From an uncultured Actinomycetota bacterium (GTDB lineage Bacteria > Actinomycetota > Actinomycetes > Mycobacteriales > Jatrophihabitantaceae), in contig CAWCFH010000008.1 of NCBI GenBank assembly GCA_963794885.1, positions 169 through 64,168 on the forward strand: 64,000 nucleotides of DNA. Direction: 5' to 3'. Under the pieces are notes generated by a model, which was given only the letters and a program-made list of their open reading frames with translations, was not told the origin of the DNA and did no database searches. This document shows positions 23,321 to 34,095 of this stretch, in pieces. Position 1 is the stretch's first letter. Each line of letters begins with the position of its first letter. The translations under genes were made by a program, and so were the position numbers.

Positions 23321-24240
23321 CAGATCGGCGCGAATGCCGAAAGCAGCAGGTACGCGACCGCCGCGCACGGCAGCATCGAGTCAAGGCGGTCCATCAGTCC
23401 GCCGTGCCCGGGCAGCAGGTTGCTCATGTCCTTGACGCCGAGATCGCGCTTGATGACCGACTCGCCGAGGTCGCCGAGGGTTGCGGTCACGCAGATCGCG
23501 GCGCCGAAGGCGAGCCCTTTCCACCACGGTTCGTGGAAGGTGAGCGTCAGGAACAGCACCCCCGACGCCGCGCAGAACAGCAGCGAACCGGCGAATCCTT
23601 CCCAGGTCTTCGCCTTGGACACGATCGGGGCGAGCGGATGCCGGCCGAAGAGCACGCCGCTGGCGTAACCGCCGGTGTCGCTGCACACCACGGTGACCGC
23701 AAAGGCGAGGATGCGCGCCGCGCCGTCGTCGGCGTGCACGGACAGGACGGCGAACCCGGCCAACGCCGGCACGTAGAGCAGCACCAGGTACGAGGCGCCG
23801 ACATCGCGCAGGAAACCGTCCGCACCGTCGCCGATGCGCCAGATCAGCACGCCGCACGCACTCAGCACGATGCCGATGACCAGCCCGTCAGGTCCACGGG
23901 CCCAGGCCGCCGCCAGCGACGCGACACCACCGACCAAGACCGGCACGAGCGCGACGTGCACGCCGGTCGTCCCGATCACCCTGCTCAACTCGTAGCTGCC
24001 GTACGCAACGGCGAGACCGACGAGTACCGCGAAACTGGGCCGGTAGAGGAACAGGGTGGCGAGGATGACGACGCCGAGCCCCAGGCCGACGCCGATCGCC
24101 GCGGGCAGGTTGCGGCCGGCGCGTGACGGCGGTGGCAGCGGCGGTTGTGCCGGCCTGGTGACGTCGGGACCGGTTGGCGGTGCGGGCGGGACCACGATCC
24201 GGCCGCCGCCGATGCGTCGCGCGCGCGACAGCCCGCTCAC
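23320..24240 (-). CDS. cdsA: phosphatidate cytidylyltransferase
   Basis: 'SDTGGYASGVLFGRHPLAPIVSKAKTWEG' and 'KRDLGVKDMSNLLPGHGGLMDRLDS'. A GTG start at 24240 is likely. Confidence 0.88.
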   Translation of the reverse strand: MSGLSRARRIGGGRIVVPPAPPTGPDVTRPAQPPLPPPSRAGRNLPAAIGVGLGLGVVILATLFLYRPSFAVLVGLAVAYGSYELSRVIGTTGVHVALVPVLVGGVASLAAAWARGPDGLVIGIVLSACGVLIWRIGDGADGFLRDVGASYLVLLYVPALAGFAVLSVHADDGAARILAFAVTVVCSDTGGYASGVLFGRHPLAPIVSKAKTWEGFAGSLLFCAASGVLFLTLTFHEPWWKGLAFGAAICVTATLGDLGESVIKRDLGVKDMSNLLPGHGGLMDRLDSMLPCAAVAYLLLSAFAPI

Positions 24241-24250
24241 CGGATCACCC

Positions 24251-24808
24251 TCAAATTTCGAGTAGCTCGGCTTCCTTGGATCTGACCTGGTCGTCGACCT
24301 GCCCGGTGTAGCGGCCGGTGAGCTTGTCGAGTTCGGCTTCGGCGCGGTGCACGTCGTCCTCACCGACCTCACCGTCCTTGGCGAGCTTGTCCAAGGCGTC
24401 CTTCGCGTGCCGGCGGATCGAGCGGATCGCTACCTTCGCGTCCTCGCCCTTGTGCCGCGCAACCTTGACCAGGTCGCGACGGCGCTCCTCGGTCAGCTGC
24501 GGGAACACGATCCGGATGATGTTGCCGTCGTTGCTCGGGTTGACGCCGAGATCGCTGTCGCGGATCGCCTTCTCGATCGCGCCGAGCTGGCTGGCGTCAT
24601 AAGGCTTGATGACGGCCATCCGCGCCTCGGGGATGTTCACCGTGGCCATCTGCGGGATCGGCGTGGGCGCGCCGTAGTAGTCGACGACGAGCCGGGCAAA
24701 GGCGCTCGCGTTCGCGCGGCCGGTGCGCAGGCCGCCGAGCTCGTCGCGCGCCACGTGCACGGCCTTCTCCATCTTCTCCTCGGCTTCGAAGAGCGTCTCG
24801 TCGATCAC
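24251..24808 (-). CDS. frr: ribosome recycling factor
   Basis: 185 aa. '[31 protein letters not shown]'. Confidence 0.95.
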   Translation of the reverse strand: MIDETLFEAEEKMEKAVHVARDELGGLRTGRANASAFARLVVDYYGAPTPIPQMATVNIPEARMAVIKPYDASQLGAIEKAIRDSDLGVNPSNDGNIIRIVFPQLTEERRRDLVKVARHKGEDAKVAIRSIRRHAKDALDKLAKDGEVGEDDVHRAEAELDKLTGRYTGQVDDQVRSKEAELLEI

Positions 24809-24847
24809 CGTCGATCCCTTCTACGGAACGTGTTGTGGGGGCGCGGG

Positions 24848-25585
24848 TCAGCCGGTCGCGCTGACAACGGTGCCGATTTTCTCACCGCGGACGACGCGGC
24901 CGATGTTGCCCTCGGCAAGCTCGAAGACCACGATCGGCATGCCGTTCTCGCGGCACAGGCTGAACGCGGACGCGTCGGCGACCTGCAGCCCGCGCTGCAG
25001 GTACTCGTCGTAGCTGATCCGGTCGAAGCGGACGGCGTCGGGCACGAGACGGGGGTCGGCGTCGTAGATGCCGTCGACACCGTTCTTGCCGAGCAGCAGC
25101 ACGTTGCAGCCGATCTCGAGGGCACGCTGCGCGGCGACGGTGTCGGTGGAGAAGTACGGCAATCCGGCACCGGCGCCGAAGATCACCACGCGGCCCTTCT
25201 CGAGGTGCCGTTCGGCCCGCCGCGGGATGTACGGCTCTGCCACCTGACCCATGGTTATGGCCGTCTGCACGCGGGTCGGCACGCCGGCCTTCTCGAGAAA
25301 GTCCTGTAGCGCCAGGCAGTTCATGACGGTGCCGAGCATGCCCATGTAGTCGGCTCGATCGCGGTCCATGCCGCGCTGCTGCAGCTCGGCGCCGCGGAAG
25401 AAGTTGCCGCCGCCAACGACGATCGCGACCTGGGTACCGCCGCGGACGACATCGGCGATCTGCTCGGCCAGCGAGTGCGCCACGTCGGGGTCGACGCCGA
25501 TCTTGCCGCCGCCGAAAACCTCGCCCGAGAGTTTCAGCAGCACCCGCTTGTAGAGCGGAGGGGCCGCCGCATCAGTTTCGTCCAT
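24848..25585 (-). CDS. pyrH: UMP kinase
   Basis: 245 aa. '[25 protein letters not shown]'. Confidence 0.95.
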   Translation of the reverse strand: MDETDAAAPPLYKRVLLKLSGEVFGGGKIGVDPDVAHSLAEQIADVVRGGTQVAIVVGGGNFFRGAELQQRGMDRDRADYMGMLGTVMNCLALQDFLEKAGVPTRVQTAITMGQVAEPYIPRRAERHLEKGRVVIFGAGAGLPYFSTDTVAAQRALEIGCNVLLLGKNGVDGIYDADPRLVPDAVRFDRISYDEYLQRGLQVADASAFSLCRENGMPIVVFELAEGNIGRVVRGEKIGTVVSATG

Positions 25586-25639
25586 GTGCGGCAGCCCCTT
25601 CCGTCGTGTGCGTTTCGTCCGACCCTAGTGGGTCGGCTC

Positions 25640-26461
25640 TCAGGCCTGGCCGACCTCGAAGTGGGCGAACTTCGTGATCGTCACGCCGGCCTCGTCGAGG
25701 ACCTGCTTGACGGTCTTCTTTGCCTCGCGCACCGACTCCTGCTCGAGGAGCACGTTGTCGGCGTAGAACGCGTTGAGGCGACCTTCGACGATCTTCGCGA
25801 TCGCCTGCTCGGGCTTGCCCTCGGCGCGCGTCTTCTCCTCGAGGACGCGTCGCTCGGTCTCGACCGCATCAGCCGGAACATCGGCGCGGGTCAGGTACTT
25901 GGCGCGCAGCGCGGCCACCTGCATCGCGGCACCGCGCGCGGCCTCGGCGTTGTCGCCGTCGAACTGCACGAGCACGCCGACCTGCGGCGGCAGGTCGGAC
26001 GCCTTGCGGTGCAGGTAGGTCGCCACCCGGCCGTCGAGCTTGACGGCCCGGCGCAACTCGAGCTTCTCGCCGATCACGGCGGCCAGCTCCGACACGCTCT
26101 GCTCGACGGTCTTGCCGTCCTTGAGGTTCTCGCTCTTGAGCTCGGCAGCGTCAGTGGCACTCGAGTTGGCGAAGTGCGTGACGATGTCGCCGGCGAGGGT
26201 CTGGAACTGCTCGTTCTTCGCGACGAAGTCGGTCTCGGAGGCGAGCTCGATCATGGCGCCCTCGGCGGCCGCGATGAGGCCGTTCGACGCCTCTCGCTCG
26301 TCACCACGCTTGGCCACCTTGGCAGCGCCCTTGACGCGCAGGATCTCGCCGGCGCGGTCGAAGTCGCCGTCGGCCTCCTCGAGCGCCTTCTTCGCGTCCA
26401 TCATTCCGGCGCCGGTGGCGTCACGGAGCTTCTTCACATCAGCGGCGGAAAAGTTCGCCAT
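25640..26461 (-). CDS. tsf: translation elongation factor Ts
   Basis: '[37 protein letters not shown]'. ATG at 26461. Confidence 0.95.
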   Translation of the reverse strand: MANFSAADVKKLRDATGAGMMDAKKALEEADGDFDRAGEILRVKGAAKVAKRGDEREASNGLIAAAEGAMIELASETDFVAKNEQFQTLAGDIVTHFANSSATDAAELKSENLKDGKTVEQSVSELAAVIGEKLELRRAVKLDGRVATYLHRKASDLPPQVGVLVQFDGDNAEAARGAAMQVAALRAKYLTRADVPADAVETERRVLEEKTRAEGKPEQAIAKIVEGRLNAFYADNVLLEQESVREAKKTVKQVLDEAGVTITKFAHFEVGQA

Positions 26462-26489
26462 TTCTCGTTCTCTCTCGTCTCTCTCATTC

Positions 26490-26537
26490 GTGATCATGCA
26501 CAGCTGCCTGCCCTGGCAGGCAGCCGTGCATGATCAC
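26490..26537 (-). promoter_or_regulatory. 23-bp-stem intercistronic hairpin between rpsB and tsf
   Basis: 'gtgatcatgcacagctgcctgcc' (26490-26512) is the reverse complement of 26515-26537 with a single mismatch. It fills most of the 84-nt rpsB-tsf spacer. Confidence 0.6.
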
Positions 26538-26545
26538 GCGGGTTG

Positions 26546-27367
26546 TCAGGCGGTGGGCGCAGGCTCGCCCGAACCGGCGGGCTGGAGCAGGTCGCGCTCC
26601 CACTCGGGCATCGGCTCGTCGACGGCCAGCTGGCCGCCCTCGGCCGGCTTCTCGTCGCGGCCGGCGTTCGCGGCTTGTGCGGCGCGGGCGACGAGGCCTT
26701 CGGCGACGGCGTCGGCGATGACCCGCGTGAGCAGCGCGGCGCTGCGGATGGCGTCGTCGTTACCCGGGATCTTGTACTCGACCTCGTCCGGGTCGCAGTT
26801 GGTGTCGAGGATCGCGATCACCGGGATGCCGAGCTTGTGCGCCTCGCCGACGGCGATGTGCTCTTTCTTGGTGTCGACGATCCAGACCGCGCTCGGCACC
26901 TTGTTCATCTCGCGGATGCCGCCGAGGGTGCGCTCGAGCTTGTCCTTCTCGCGCTGGAGCATGAGCTGCTCCTTCTTGGTGGCGGTGCCTTCCCAGCCGG
27001 CCTGCTCGAGCGACTCGAGTTCCTTCATCCGCTGCAGCCGCTTGTGCACGGTCTGGAAGTTGGTGAGCATGCCGCCCAGCCAGCGCTGGTTGACGTAGGG
27101 CATCCCGACGCGGGTTGCCTGCTCGGCGATCGAGCCTTGCGCCTGCTTCTTCGTGCCGATGAAGAGCACCGTGCCGCCGTGGGCCACGGTCTCCTTCACG
27201 AACTCGAAGGCGCGGTCGATGTAGGACAGCGTCTGGTGCAGATCGATGATGTAGAGCCCGTTGCGCTCGGTGAGGATGAACCGCTTCATCTTCGGGTTCC
27301 ACCGGCGGGTCTGGTGTCCGAAGTGGACACCTGCCTCGAGCATTTCCTTCATGGTGACGACGGGCAT
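26546..27367 (-). CDS. rpsB: 30S ribosomal protein S2
   Basis: '[27 protein letters not shown]'. ATG at 27367 preceded by GAGGAGGA. Confidence 0.95.
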   Translation of the reverse strand: MPVVTMKEMLEAGVHFGHQTRRWNPKMKRFILTERNGLYIIDLHQTLSYIDRAFEFVKETVAHGGTVLFIGTKKQAQGSIAEQATRVGMPYVNQRWLGGMLTNFQTVHKRLQRMKELESLEQAGWEGTATKKEQLMLQREKDKLERTLGGIREMNKVPSAVWIVDTKKEHIAVGEAHKLGIPVIAILDTNCDPDEVEYKIPGNDDAIRSAALLTRVIADAVAEGLVARAAQAANAGRDEKPAEGGQLAVDEPMPEWERDLLQPAGSGEPAPTA

Positions 27368-27632
27368 GCCGGCGTCCTCCTCTGTACTTGTGCACGCAGG
27401 ACGTTCGCAGCCTGTGTGCGGCCTCGGTTGTCGCGCGCGGCTCGGGGTGAGCCGTGCGCCCTGGTGCCCGGTGTCGCGGCCGGCGAGCCGTCTGTTGGGA
27501 CGGACCGAGGCCGGCCGCCTAGCCACGCTGAGTACAAGCCGTGGCGGGGCACGCGAAGTCAGCCCGATTGCTCGAGCTGCACGTCAAGTGTAGCCCGGAT
27601 TTCCAGGGCAGCCGACCACTACGGTGTGCCTC

Positions 27633-28472
27633 ATGGCGCGTGGGCATCTCGACCTCGAGATCAACGGAATGACGTTCAGCGGCTTGACCTGGGGTGAGCG
27701 CTCCGGTCCTCCGGTGCTCTGCCTGCACGGATTCCCGCAGCGCTGCACCTCCTGGCAGGGCGTGGCCGAGCGGCTCGACTCGCTCGGGATGCCGGTGGTC
27801 GCGATGGATCAGCGTGGCTACTCGCCCGGCGCCCGCCCGACCGACGTCGCGGCCTACGCGCTGCCGAATCTCACCGCCGACGTGGTCGCGATGATCGAGG
27901 CGTTGGGCGGATCGGTGCACCTGGTCGGGCACGACTGGGGCGGGGTGGTGGGTTGGCAGGTCGCAGCGCGCCGGCCCGATCTTGTGCGCAGTTGGACGGC
28001 CGTCTCGACCCCGCACCAGGCGGCGCTGAACGCCGTGTTGGCCCGCGATGCGGCCCAGCGCGAGCGGTTCGGCTACATCTTGAAGTTCCGCGAGGAGGGC
28101 ACCGCCGAGACGATGCTGCTGGCCCACGACGGCGCCGGCCTGAAGACGATGTACGGCGGGTTCGTCGCGCCGGAGCGGGTGGCCGAGGACGTCGCGTTCT
28201 TCAGCGAACCCGGTGTGCTCACCGCGGCCCTGTCCTGGTACCGCGCGATGGGAGTGGACGACCCCGGTGAGCTGCCGCGGGTCACCGTGCCCACGTCCTA
28301 CGTGTGGGGCAGCGGCGATCCGGCGTTCGGCGCCGAAGCGGCCGAGTTGACGGCGTCCTACGTCGAGGGCCCGTACCGATTCGTCCCGCTGGACGGCGCG
28401 AGCCACTGGCTGCCCGACGAGGCCGCCGACACGCTGGCCGAGGTGATCACCGAGCGGGTCGCCGGTGCCTGA
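27633..28472 (+). CDS. alpha/beta hydrolase (epoxide-hydrolase/haloalkane-dehalogenase-like)
   Basis: 'LCLHGFPQ' and nucleophile elbow 'VGHDWGG'. ATG at 27633, with GTG 27624 as an alternative. Confidence 0.8.
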   Translation: MARGHLDLEINGMTFSGLTWGERSGPPVLCLHGFPQRCTSWQGVAERLDSLGMPVVAMDQRGYSPGARPTDVAAYALPNLTADVVAMIEALGGSVHLVGHDWGGVVGWQVAARRPDLVRSWTAVSTPHQAALNAVLARDAAQRERFGYILKFREEGTAETMLLAHDGAGLKTMYGGFVAPERVAEDVAFFSEPGVLTAALSWYRAMGVDDPGELPRVTVPTSYVWGSGDPAFGAEAAELTASYVEGPYRFVPLDGASHWLPDEAADTLAEVITERVAGA

Positions 28473-28740
28473 TCACGTCGCGCGCCGAGTGACCGTGCAC
28501 GGACGGGTGCAAGGGGTGTGCTTCCGCGACTCGACGCGGCAGGTGGCCCGATCGGCCGGTGTCGCCGGCTGGGTACGCAACGAACCGGACGGCACGGTGC
28601 TGGCGCACCTGGAAGGGCCGGCACCAGCGGTCGAGCGGGTGCTCGGCTTCCTGCGCGAGGGCCCGCGCGAGGCGTCGGTGACCGACCTGGACGTGCGCGA
28701 CGTGCCGCCGCAGGGGCTGCGCGGCTTCGCTGTCGGTTGA
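28465..28740 (+). CDS. acylphosphatase
   Basis: 'VTVHGRVQGVCFRDSTRQVARSAGVAGWVRNEPDGTV'. About 90 aa. The start is uncertain within the first 10 codons. Confidence 0.85.
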   Translation: MPDHVARRVTVHGRVQGVCFRDSTRQVARSAGVAGWVRNEPDGTVLAHLEGPAPAVERVLGFLREGPREASVTDLDVRDVPPQGLRGFAVG

Positions 28741-28756
28741 TCTCTCGGCTGATCCG

Positions 28757-31700
28757 TCAGCGGACCGTGCGGGCCAGCGCGGCGGCTTCGGCTCGGCTGC
28801 GCACGCCGAGCTTGGCCAGGATGTTCGAGACATGCACGCTGACCGTCTTCTCGCTGATGTACAACCGCGACGCGATCTGCCGGTTCGTGCGCGCGTCGAC
28901 GAGCAGGTCGAGCACCTCGCGCTCGCGGTCGGTGAGCGCACCGAACCCGGACGGCGCCGCCTTGGCCGGCGCCGGCGACGTGCCGAGCGAGCGGATCTCG
29001 TCGAGCATCGGCTGGGCGCCCATCGCCCGCGCTGCGGTTCGGGCCAGATCAGCTTGCTCGGCAGCCTCCGTGCCGCGTCCAGCAGCGCGCAGCACCTCGG
29101 CCAGCCGCACCCGGCCGCGCGTCATCTCGGTCGCGTTGCCGTAGCCGAATGCCTCGATCGCACGCCTCCATGCCGCGACGTGCTCGTCCTCGTCGGGCGG
29201 GTCGATCCCGGCGACCCAGCGCAGGTAGGCCCATTCGGCCTCGAGCCGTGCGCTCCAGGCCAGCGCCTCGACACCGAGCCGGCGGCCGATGGGCAGGCCT
29301 TTCTGCTCTGCCGTCCGCCCGTCTTCGAACAGGCCGCGCGCCCGGTCGACCAGGGCGGCGCGCACGGCGGTCGGGGCGTCGCGGACTGCGGCCGCGCACG
29401 CCCGCAGGCCGAGGGACGAGATGCGGATGCGGCCCAGGAACCACTCTTCCTGCCAGACATCGCCGAGGATCTCGACGGCCTCGTCGACGAGGGCGAGGGC
29501 CTGCTCTGCGCGACCAGCCTGGGCGTGTGCTTCGAGCATCGCGAGGATGGAGCCGTTGGCGACCAGGCTCTCGAGTGGCCACATCTCGCGAAGCGCATCG
29601 CCGTCAGCGGCGTCGGCCTCGCCGCGGCCGACCCGCACGATCAGCGCGGCAGATATCAGCCGAGCGGCTGCGAGGTCGGGCGGTGTTTCGCCGGTCATGT
29701 CGAGCGCTGCGATCGCGCCGTCCCAGTCGCCGCGCTGGTGGCGCAACGTGCCGACCATGGCGCGCGCATCGAGCCCGAACAGCGACCACTGGCCGGCCCA
29801 GGTCACGGGCGCGCCGCCAGGCGAGCTCGAACGCGTCCTCGGATTCGGCGAGCAGGCCCTGCTCGGCGAACAGGCTGCCGAGGTTGTAGCGGCTGCGGAT
29901 CTCGGCGGCCAGCTCGCCGTTCGCGCGTGCCTGCTCGACGATGTCGTGCAGCTGGGCGGTCACCTCGTCAGGCTCGCTGACCCGGCGGCGCAGCATCGCG
30001 AGGGTGGTGCGCGCTTCGGCCGCGGCCGCCGGCCGGCCGAGTGCCTCGGCGCCGTCGATCGCGTCGAGGGCCCAGCGCTCGGCGTCGACGTCGCGGCCGC
30101 GGATGAGGTTGATCCGTGAGTACAGGGCGGCTACCCGCACCCGGAACATGCTCGGCTCCGGTGGCGTGAGCCGCAGCGCGTCGGCGGCGGCATCCATCGA
30201 CTCACCCTCGGACTCGCTGTCGACGGCGGCACGAGCCACCGCATAGAGCAGGTGGGCGCGATCGGAGTCGGGCGCGTCAGCAGGCAACTCGGCCAGGCCT
30301 TGACTGGCCAGCCGACGCCCGCGCGAGGCCTGCCCGGCGGCGAGCGCGGCGTCGACGAGCGCGACGACGAGCTCGACCGGATTGCCGGGCGGTTCGGCCA
30401 GCTGCCCGCGCAGGTCGAGCGCAGTCTCGTACTGGCGCAGCGCCTCTTGCGGTGCCGCGACCGACATCGCTTCGTCGCCGGCCTGGATGCTCGCGGTATA
30501 TGCCGTTTCGAGGTCGTGCGAGGCCAGTGCGTGGCGAGCCAGCTCGGCACGACTGCGGTCGGGGCGCCCGGCGAGGACGGCGGCGTAAGCCGCATGCAGC
30601 CGGACCCGCTCGCCGGGCAGCAGGTCGTCGTAAACCGCCTCGCCGAGCAGTGCATGCCGGAAGGTGTAGCCGCGCCCGCTCGGGGTGAATTGCAGGACGT
30701 TGGAGTCGACCGCGTCGCGCAGCGCGATGTCGAGGCGGTCCGGCGCGAAGGCGACGACGTCGGCGAGCATGTCGTGCGGAACGCGCCGGCCGGCGACTGC
30801 GGCAACGCGCACGACCTCGCGTGCGTCGTCGGAGAGCCGGTCGAGGCGGACGAGGAGCAGGTCGGCGAGCTGCCACGGCAGGTGTTGCGGGTCGGCGCAC
30901 TGCTCGGCAGCGGCGACGAGTTCCTCGGCGAAGAAGGCGTTGCCTTCAGCGCGGTTGACGATGCTGGCGAGATCGGCCTCACCGAGTGGTGCGGGATGGA
31001 TTGCCGAGACGAGCGCGCGGACATCGGCGGGCGGCAGCGGGTCGAGCTGGATGCGCGTAACCGCTGGCAGGCGGGCCCATTGGGCGAGGGTTTGCCGTAG
31101 CGGATGGCGCCGGTGCAGATCGTCGCTCCGGTACGTCGCGACGATCACAAGGCGTTCGCTGTGGACACGGGTGTAGAGGAATCCGAGCAGATCGCGAGTG
31201 GCCTGATCGGCCCAATGCAGATCCTCGACGATGACCAGCAGTGGCGCGTTTGCCGCGAGCTGGGCGAACGCGGCCAGAACCGACTCGAACAGGTGCCCAC
31301 GATCGAGGCGGTCGTCGGGGCTGAGCGAACCGCGCCCGGGCAGGAGGCGCGCGATCACCGGGTGGGCGGCCAGCAGGTCATCGACCAGGTCGGGACGATC
31401 GGCGGCGAGGCGGGCGAACGCCTCGCTGAACGGCAAGTACGGCGGTGGGTTCTCACCGAGGTCGACACAGTGCCCGACCAGGACCGTGGCACCGCGCTCG
31501 TTGGCGGCAGTGACCATCTCAGCGAGCAGTCGGGTCTTGCCGACGCCGGCGTCGCCGCCCACGATCGCGACAGCCGCGCGGGTGAGGTCGCCGGCTGATT
31601 TTCCGTAGGCAGCGTCGAGGTTGGTCAGCAGCTCGGCGAACTCGCCGGCGCGACCCACGAGCGGAGCGACGGACCGGGGCACGAGGACATCATCGTCCAG

Positions 31701-31793
31701 TGCCCCGACACCGTCGCTCCGGCTCGGTCGACTTTCTTGCGTTGGGCGCTGTCGCTTGGCTGGTCGCTTCTTCCGTTCGGTGACCGCGGTCAC
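28757..31793 (-). pseudogene. large ATP-binding LuxR-family (LAL/MalT-like STAND) transcriptional regulator; one frame break
   Basis: Walker A 'IVGGDAGVGKTRLL', a long TPR-like middle and a C-terminal HTH 'LTDREREVLDLLVDARTNRQIASRLYISEKTVSVHVSNILAKLG'. Pieces 29604-31793 and 28757-29806 join near 29805. The N-terminal start is uncertain. Confidence 0.85.
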
Positions 31794-31801
31794 GGTGGCG
31801 G

Positions 31802-31942
31802 TCAGCTGGGACGCAGAACGTGCCGGCGGAAGCGACGTCCGTGCGACGTGGGTCGGGTCGCGCGGGTTCCGATCAAGAGCGACCGGCGATATGCGATCTC
31901 GGCGCGCATCGCGTCGGAGTTGGTATTGATGATCTCGTGCAT
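31802..31942 (-). CDS. candidate 46-aa small basic protein or upstream ORF immediately 5' of the LAL regulator
   Basis: GAGGAG RBS 6 nt before the ATG at 31942. 'MHEIINTNSDAMRAEIAYRRSLLIGTRATRPTSHGRRFRRHVLRPS'. 37 of 46 codons end in G/C. The stop is 8 nt before the regulator ORF start. No homologue recognised. Confidence 0.4.
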   Translation of the reverse strand: MHEIINTNSDAMRAEIAYRRSLLIGTRATRPTSHGRRFRRHVLRPS

Positions 31943-32111
31943 TTGGTGCTCCTCAGTAGTTCTTCTCCTGCAGTTGAGAGGTTTGTCGTCTGAGTAGTGC
32001 GTGCGCATCGGAAGAACTCCCTATCCACAGCCACTACCGATGCCTTAGGCACCGTCCACAACTCCGCCTCTGCCGGCGCGGCGCCGGATCGGTTTGCGCG
32101 ACGGTGTCCCG

Positions 32112-32630
32112 ATGCGATCGGTGTTGCTCGGAGTCTCCGGCGCGCTCGTGTTCGGTCTCGGCGCGACGGCTGCGGCACCGCCGTTCTCGTCGCCGCCGGC
32201 GCCTGTCGAGGTGCGGTATTCGGCGCCGGTCAGTCCGTTGGAGGTGGTGCGCGCATTCGACCCGCCGGATCACCCGTTCGGTCCGGGCCACCTCGGCGTC
32301 GATCTGGCGACAACCCCAGGGGTCGCGGTTCGCGCCGCGGGGGACGGAGTCGTGACCTTCGCCGGGTCGGTTGCCGGGCGGGGCCTCGTTGTCGTGCTGC
32401 ACGCCGACGGCTTGCGCACCGAGTACGAGCCGGTACTGCCCGCGGTGCATCGCGGTGACGAGGTGCGCCGGGGTCAAGTGATCGGCCGGGTGCACGGAAC
32501 GCACGGCGACTGTCACCCATGCGGCTGTTTGCACTGGGGTGCGCGACGCGGCGATGAGTACCTCGACCCACTCCTGCTGCTGCAGCCGCTCGGGCCGGTG
32601 CGATTGCTGCCTTGGGACGAGTCGCGCTAA
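32112..32630 (+). CDS. M23-family (LytM-type) metallopeptidase, secreted
   Basis: Signal 'MRSVLLGVSGALVFGLGATAAA'. 'GPGHLGVDLAT', 'GRGLVVVLHADGLRTEYEP', 'LHWGARRGDEYLDP'. Confidence 0.85.
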   Translation: MRSVLLGVSGALVFGLGATAAAPPFSSPPAPVEVRYSAPVSPLEVVRAFDPPDHPFGPGHLGVDLATTPGVAVRAAGDGVVTFAGSVAGRGLVVVLHADGLRTEYEPVLPAVHRGDEVRRGQVIGRVHGTHGDCHPCGCLHWGARRGDEYLDPLLLLQPLGPVRLLPWDESR

Positions 32631-32728
32631 TCAAAACGAAGCGGTTCGTCTTCGTCGTCTGCGCCTGTTCGAGGCCGGCATCGAACGCGCTGCGGCGTCC
32701 GCGTCGGCAGGTCGTGCCGCAGCGGGTC

Positions 32729-32766
32729 CAGTGTTGCCCGTCAAAGTTCAGTGTTGCCGGTCAAAA
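32729..32766. repeat. tandem 18-nt direct repeat at the 3' end of the DUF222-HNH gene
   Basis: 'cagtgttgcccgtcaaag' (32729-32746) and 'cagtgttgccggtcaaaa' (32749-32766). The second copy overlaps the stop codon. A partial 'tcaaaacg' occurs at about 32641. Confidence 0.6.
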
Positions 32767-34095
32767 CGGTGGCGGTTGATCCTGGTCGTCGTCCGGCTCC
32801 GGTTTGGGGCGCGTTCGGTCGGTTGGGAAGGTGTCGGGTGGTCGGTCGTAGTTGCGTCCGGTGGGGGTGGTCCAGCGGATGGTGCCGTCGGGTAGTCGTT
32901 GGGTTTGCCAGCCGGCGTCGTGTTTCAGATGATGTTCGCGTAGGCATTCCGGTCCGAGGTTGCCGGCGTTGGTGTGGCCGCCTTCGCTGAACGGAATCAC
33001 GTGATCGACTTCGCAGCGGCGGGCGTGGCGGTGGCAGTGTGGTCCGCGGCAGGTGCGGTCGCGGGCGGTGACGTGGTCGATGAGGTCTTGGGGTGGCCGG
33101 TATTTCTCCCGTCCGTAGTCGATCAGGCGGCCGAGGTCGTCGGTGACCAGGCGGGTCCAGGTGCCGGTCGGGTCGGCCGCCATGCTGCGGGCGAGGTCGG
33201 CGGGGATGGGGCCGTAGCCGGCCAGCTCACCGGGCTGCTCATCGAAGCGCAGCAGGGTCGATAAGGCGACGACGACCTGGACTTGGGGGTGGCGGCCCTG
33301 CCACTTCGGCAACCCCTCGATGCTCTGTCCGTGCAGGGCGGCCAGGCAGATCGCGACCAGCGCATCGGCACGGTACTGGTCGGCGCTGCGGCAGTCATCG
33401 GGACTGGCGGCAGCTTTGAGTTTGTCGGCCATCGCCTGGACTGCGGTCAGCACCGCTTGGGCGTCGGCGGCGGGCAGGTAGGAGTTGATCCAGGCCATCG
33501 CATGCGCGTCGGGCTGGTGACAGACCCGCCGCTCGCGAACAGCGTCTTCGTGCTGCTGCTCCTGGCCGCGTGGGTCGAGTTTCGCGACCCAGCGCCGTGC
33601 CGCGGCACGGAACTCGCTGACCGTCTGCGCACCGGCTCGGTCGAGCACTTTGGCCTCGACCTTCGCGGTGACCTTCGGGTCCAGGTTTTTGGTGGCGGTG
33701 ACCAGCGACGCCGCGAGCAGATACCCGAACCTCCCCTGCTCCACCCCGGCCAGCGTGGCGGGCAGCTCGCTCACCAGCCGAGCCGCGTCGCCCATCCGGC
33801 CGATCGTGTAGCCGGTCGACCACCGCAACAGACACGCCACCTCCTGAGTCGCGGACAGCTGCGCGGTACGGTCCAGATCGATCCGCTCCCGAGCGGTAGC
33901 CGACACCGGCCCGGGCACCGGATCCGGATGCATCTCGATCTGCGCCAGATGGCGAGCCTGCCGCGCCTGGGCATACCCGATCAGCCGCTCGTAGCGCTCA
34001 GCCATCGCCAGGTTGGTATCCATCGACACCGTGCCCGGATCGGTGACCGGCGCTTGCGCGAGCCAGGCGTCGAACCGCTGATCGATCTCGTCCAC
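32761..34095 (-). CDS. DUF222 + HNH endonuclease protein (REP13E12-like family)
   Basis: Central DUF222-like region, then an HNH core 'CRGPHCHRHARRCEVDHVIPFSEGGHTNAGNLGPECLREHHLKHDAGW'. The start is uncertain (GTG 34095 proposed). The ORF-track N-terminus overlaps xerC out of frame. Confidence 0.75.
   Translation of the reverse strand: MDEIDQRFDAWLAQAPVTDPGTVSMDTNLAMAERYERLIGYAQARQARHLAQIEMHPDPVPGPVSATARERIDLDRTAQLSATQEVACLLRWSTGYTIGRMGDAARLVSELPATLAGVEQGRFGYLLAASLVTATKNLDPKVTAKVEAKVLDRAGAQTVSEFRAAARRWVAKLDPRGQEQQHEDAVRERRVCHQPDAHAMAWINSYLPAADAQAVLTAVQAMADKLKAAASPDDCRSADQYRADALVAICLAALHGQSIEGLPKWQGRHPQVQVVVALSTLLRFDEQPGELAGYGPIPADLARSMAADPTGTWTRLVTDDLGRLIDYGREKYRPPQDLIDHVTARDRTCRGPHCHRHARRCEVDHVIPFSEGGHTNAGNLGPECLREHHLKHDAGWQTQRLPDGTIRWTTPTGRNYDRPPDTFPTDRTRPKPEPDDDQDQPPPF

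Noticed and set aside
28757-31793. The STAND-type ATPase considered as a possible antiphage Avs-like defence protein.
   Set aside because: It ends in a canonical LuxR-type HTH with no nuclease or other effector domain. It therefore fits the LAL/MalT family of transcriptional activators.
31943-32111. Possible c-di-AMP (ydaO-type) riboswitch upstream of the M23 peptidase gene.
   Set aside because: Such riboswitches precede some actinobacterial cell-wall hydrolase genes, but I could not find the conserved ydaO sequence blocks here. There is only a weak 'agttcttc..gaagaact' pairing.
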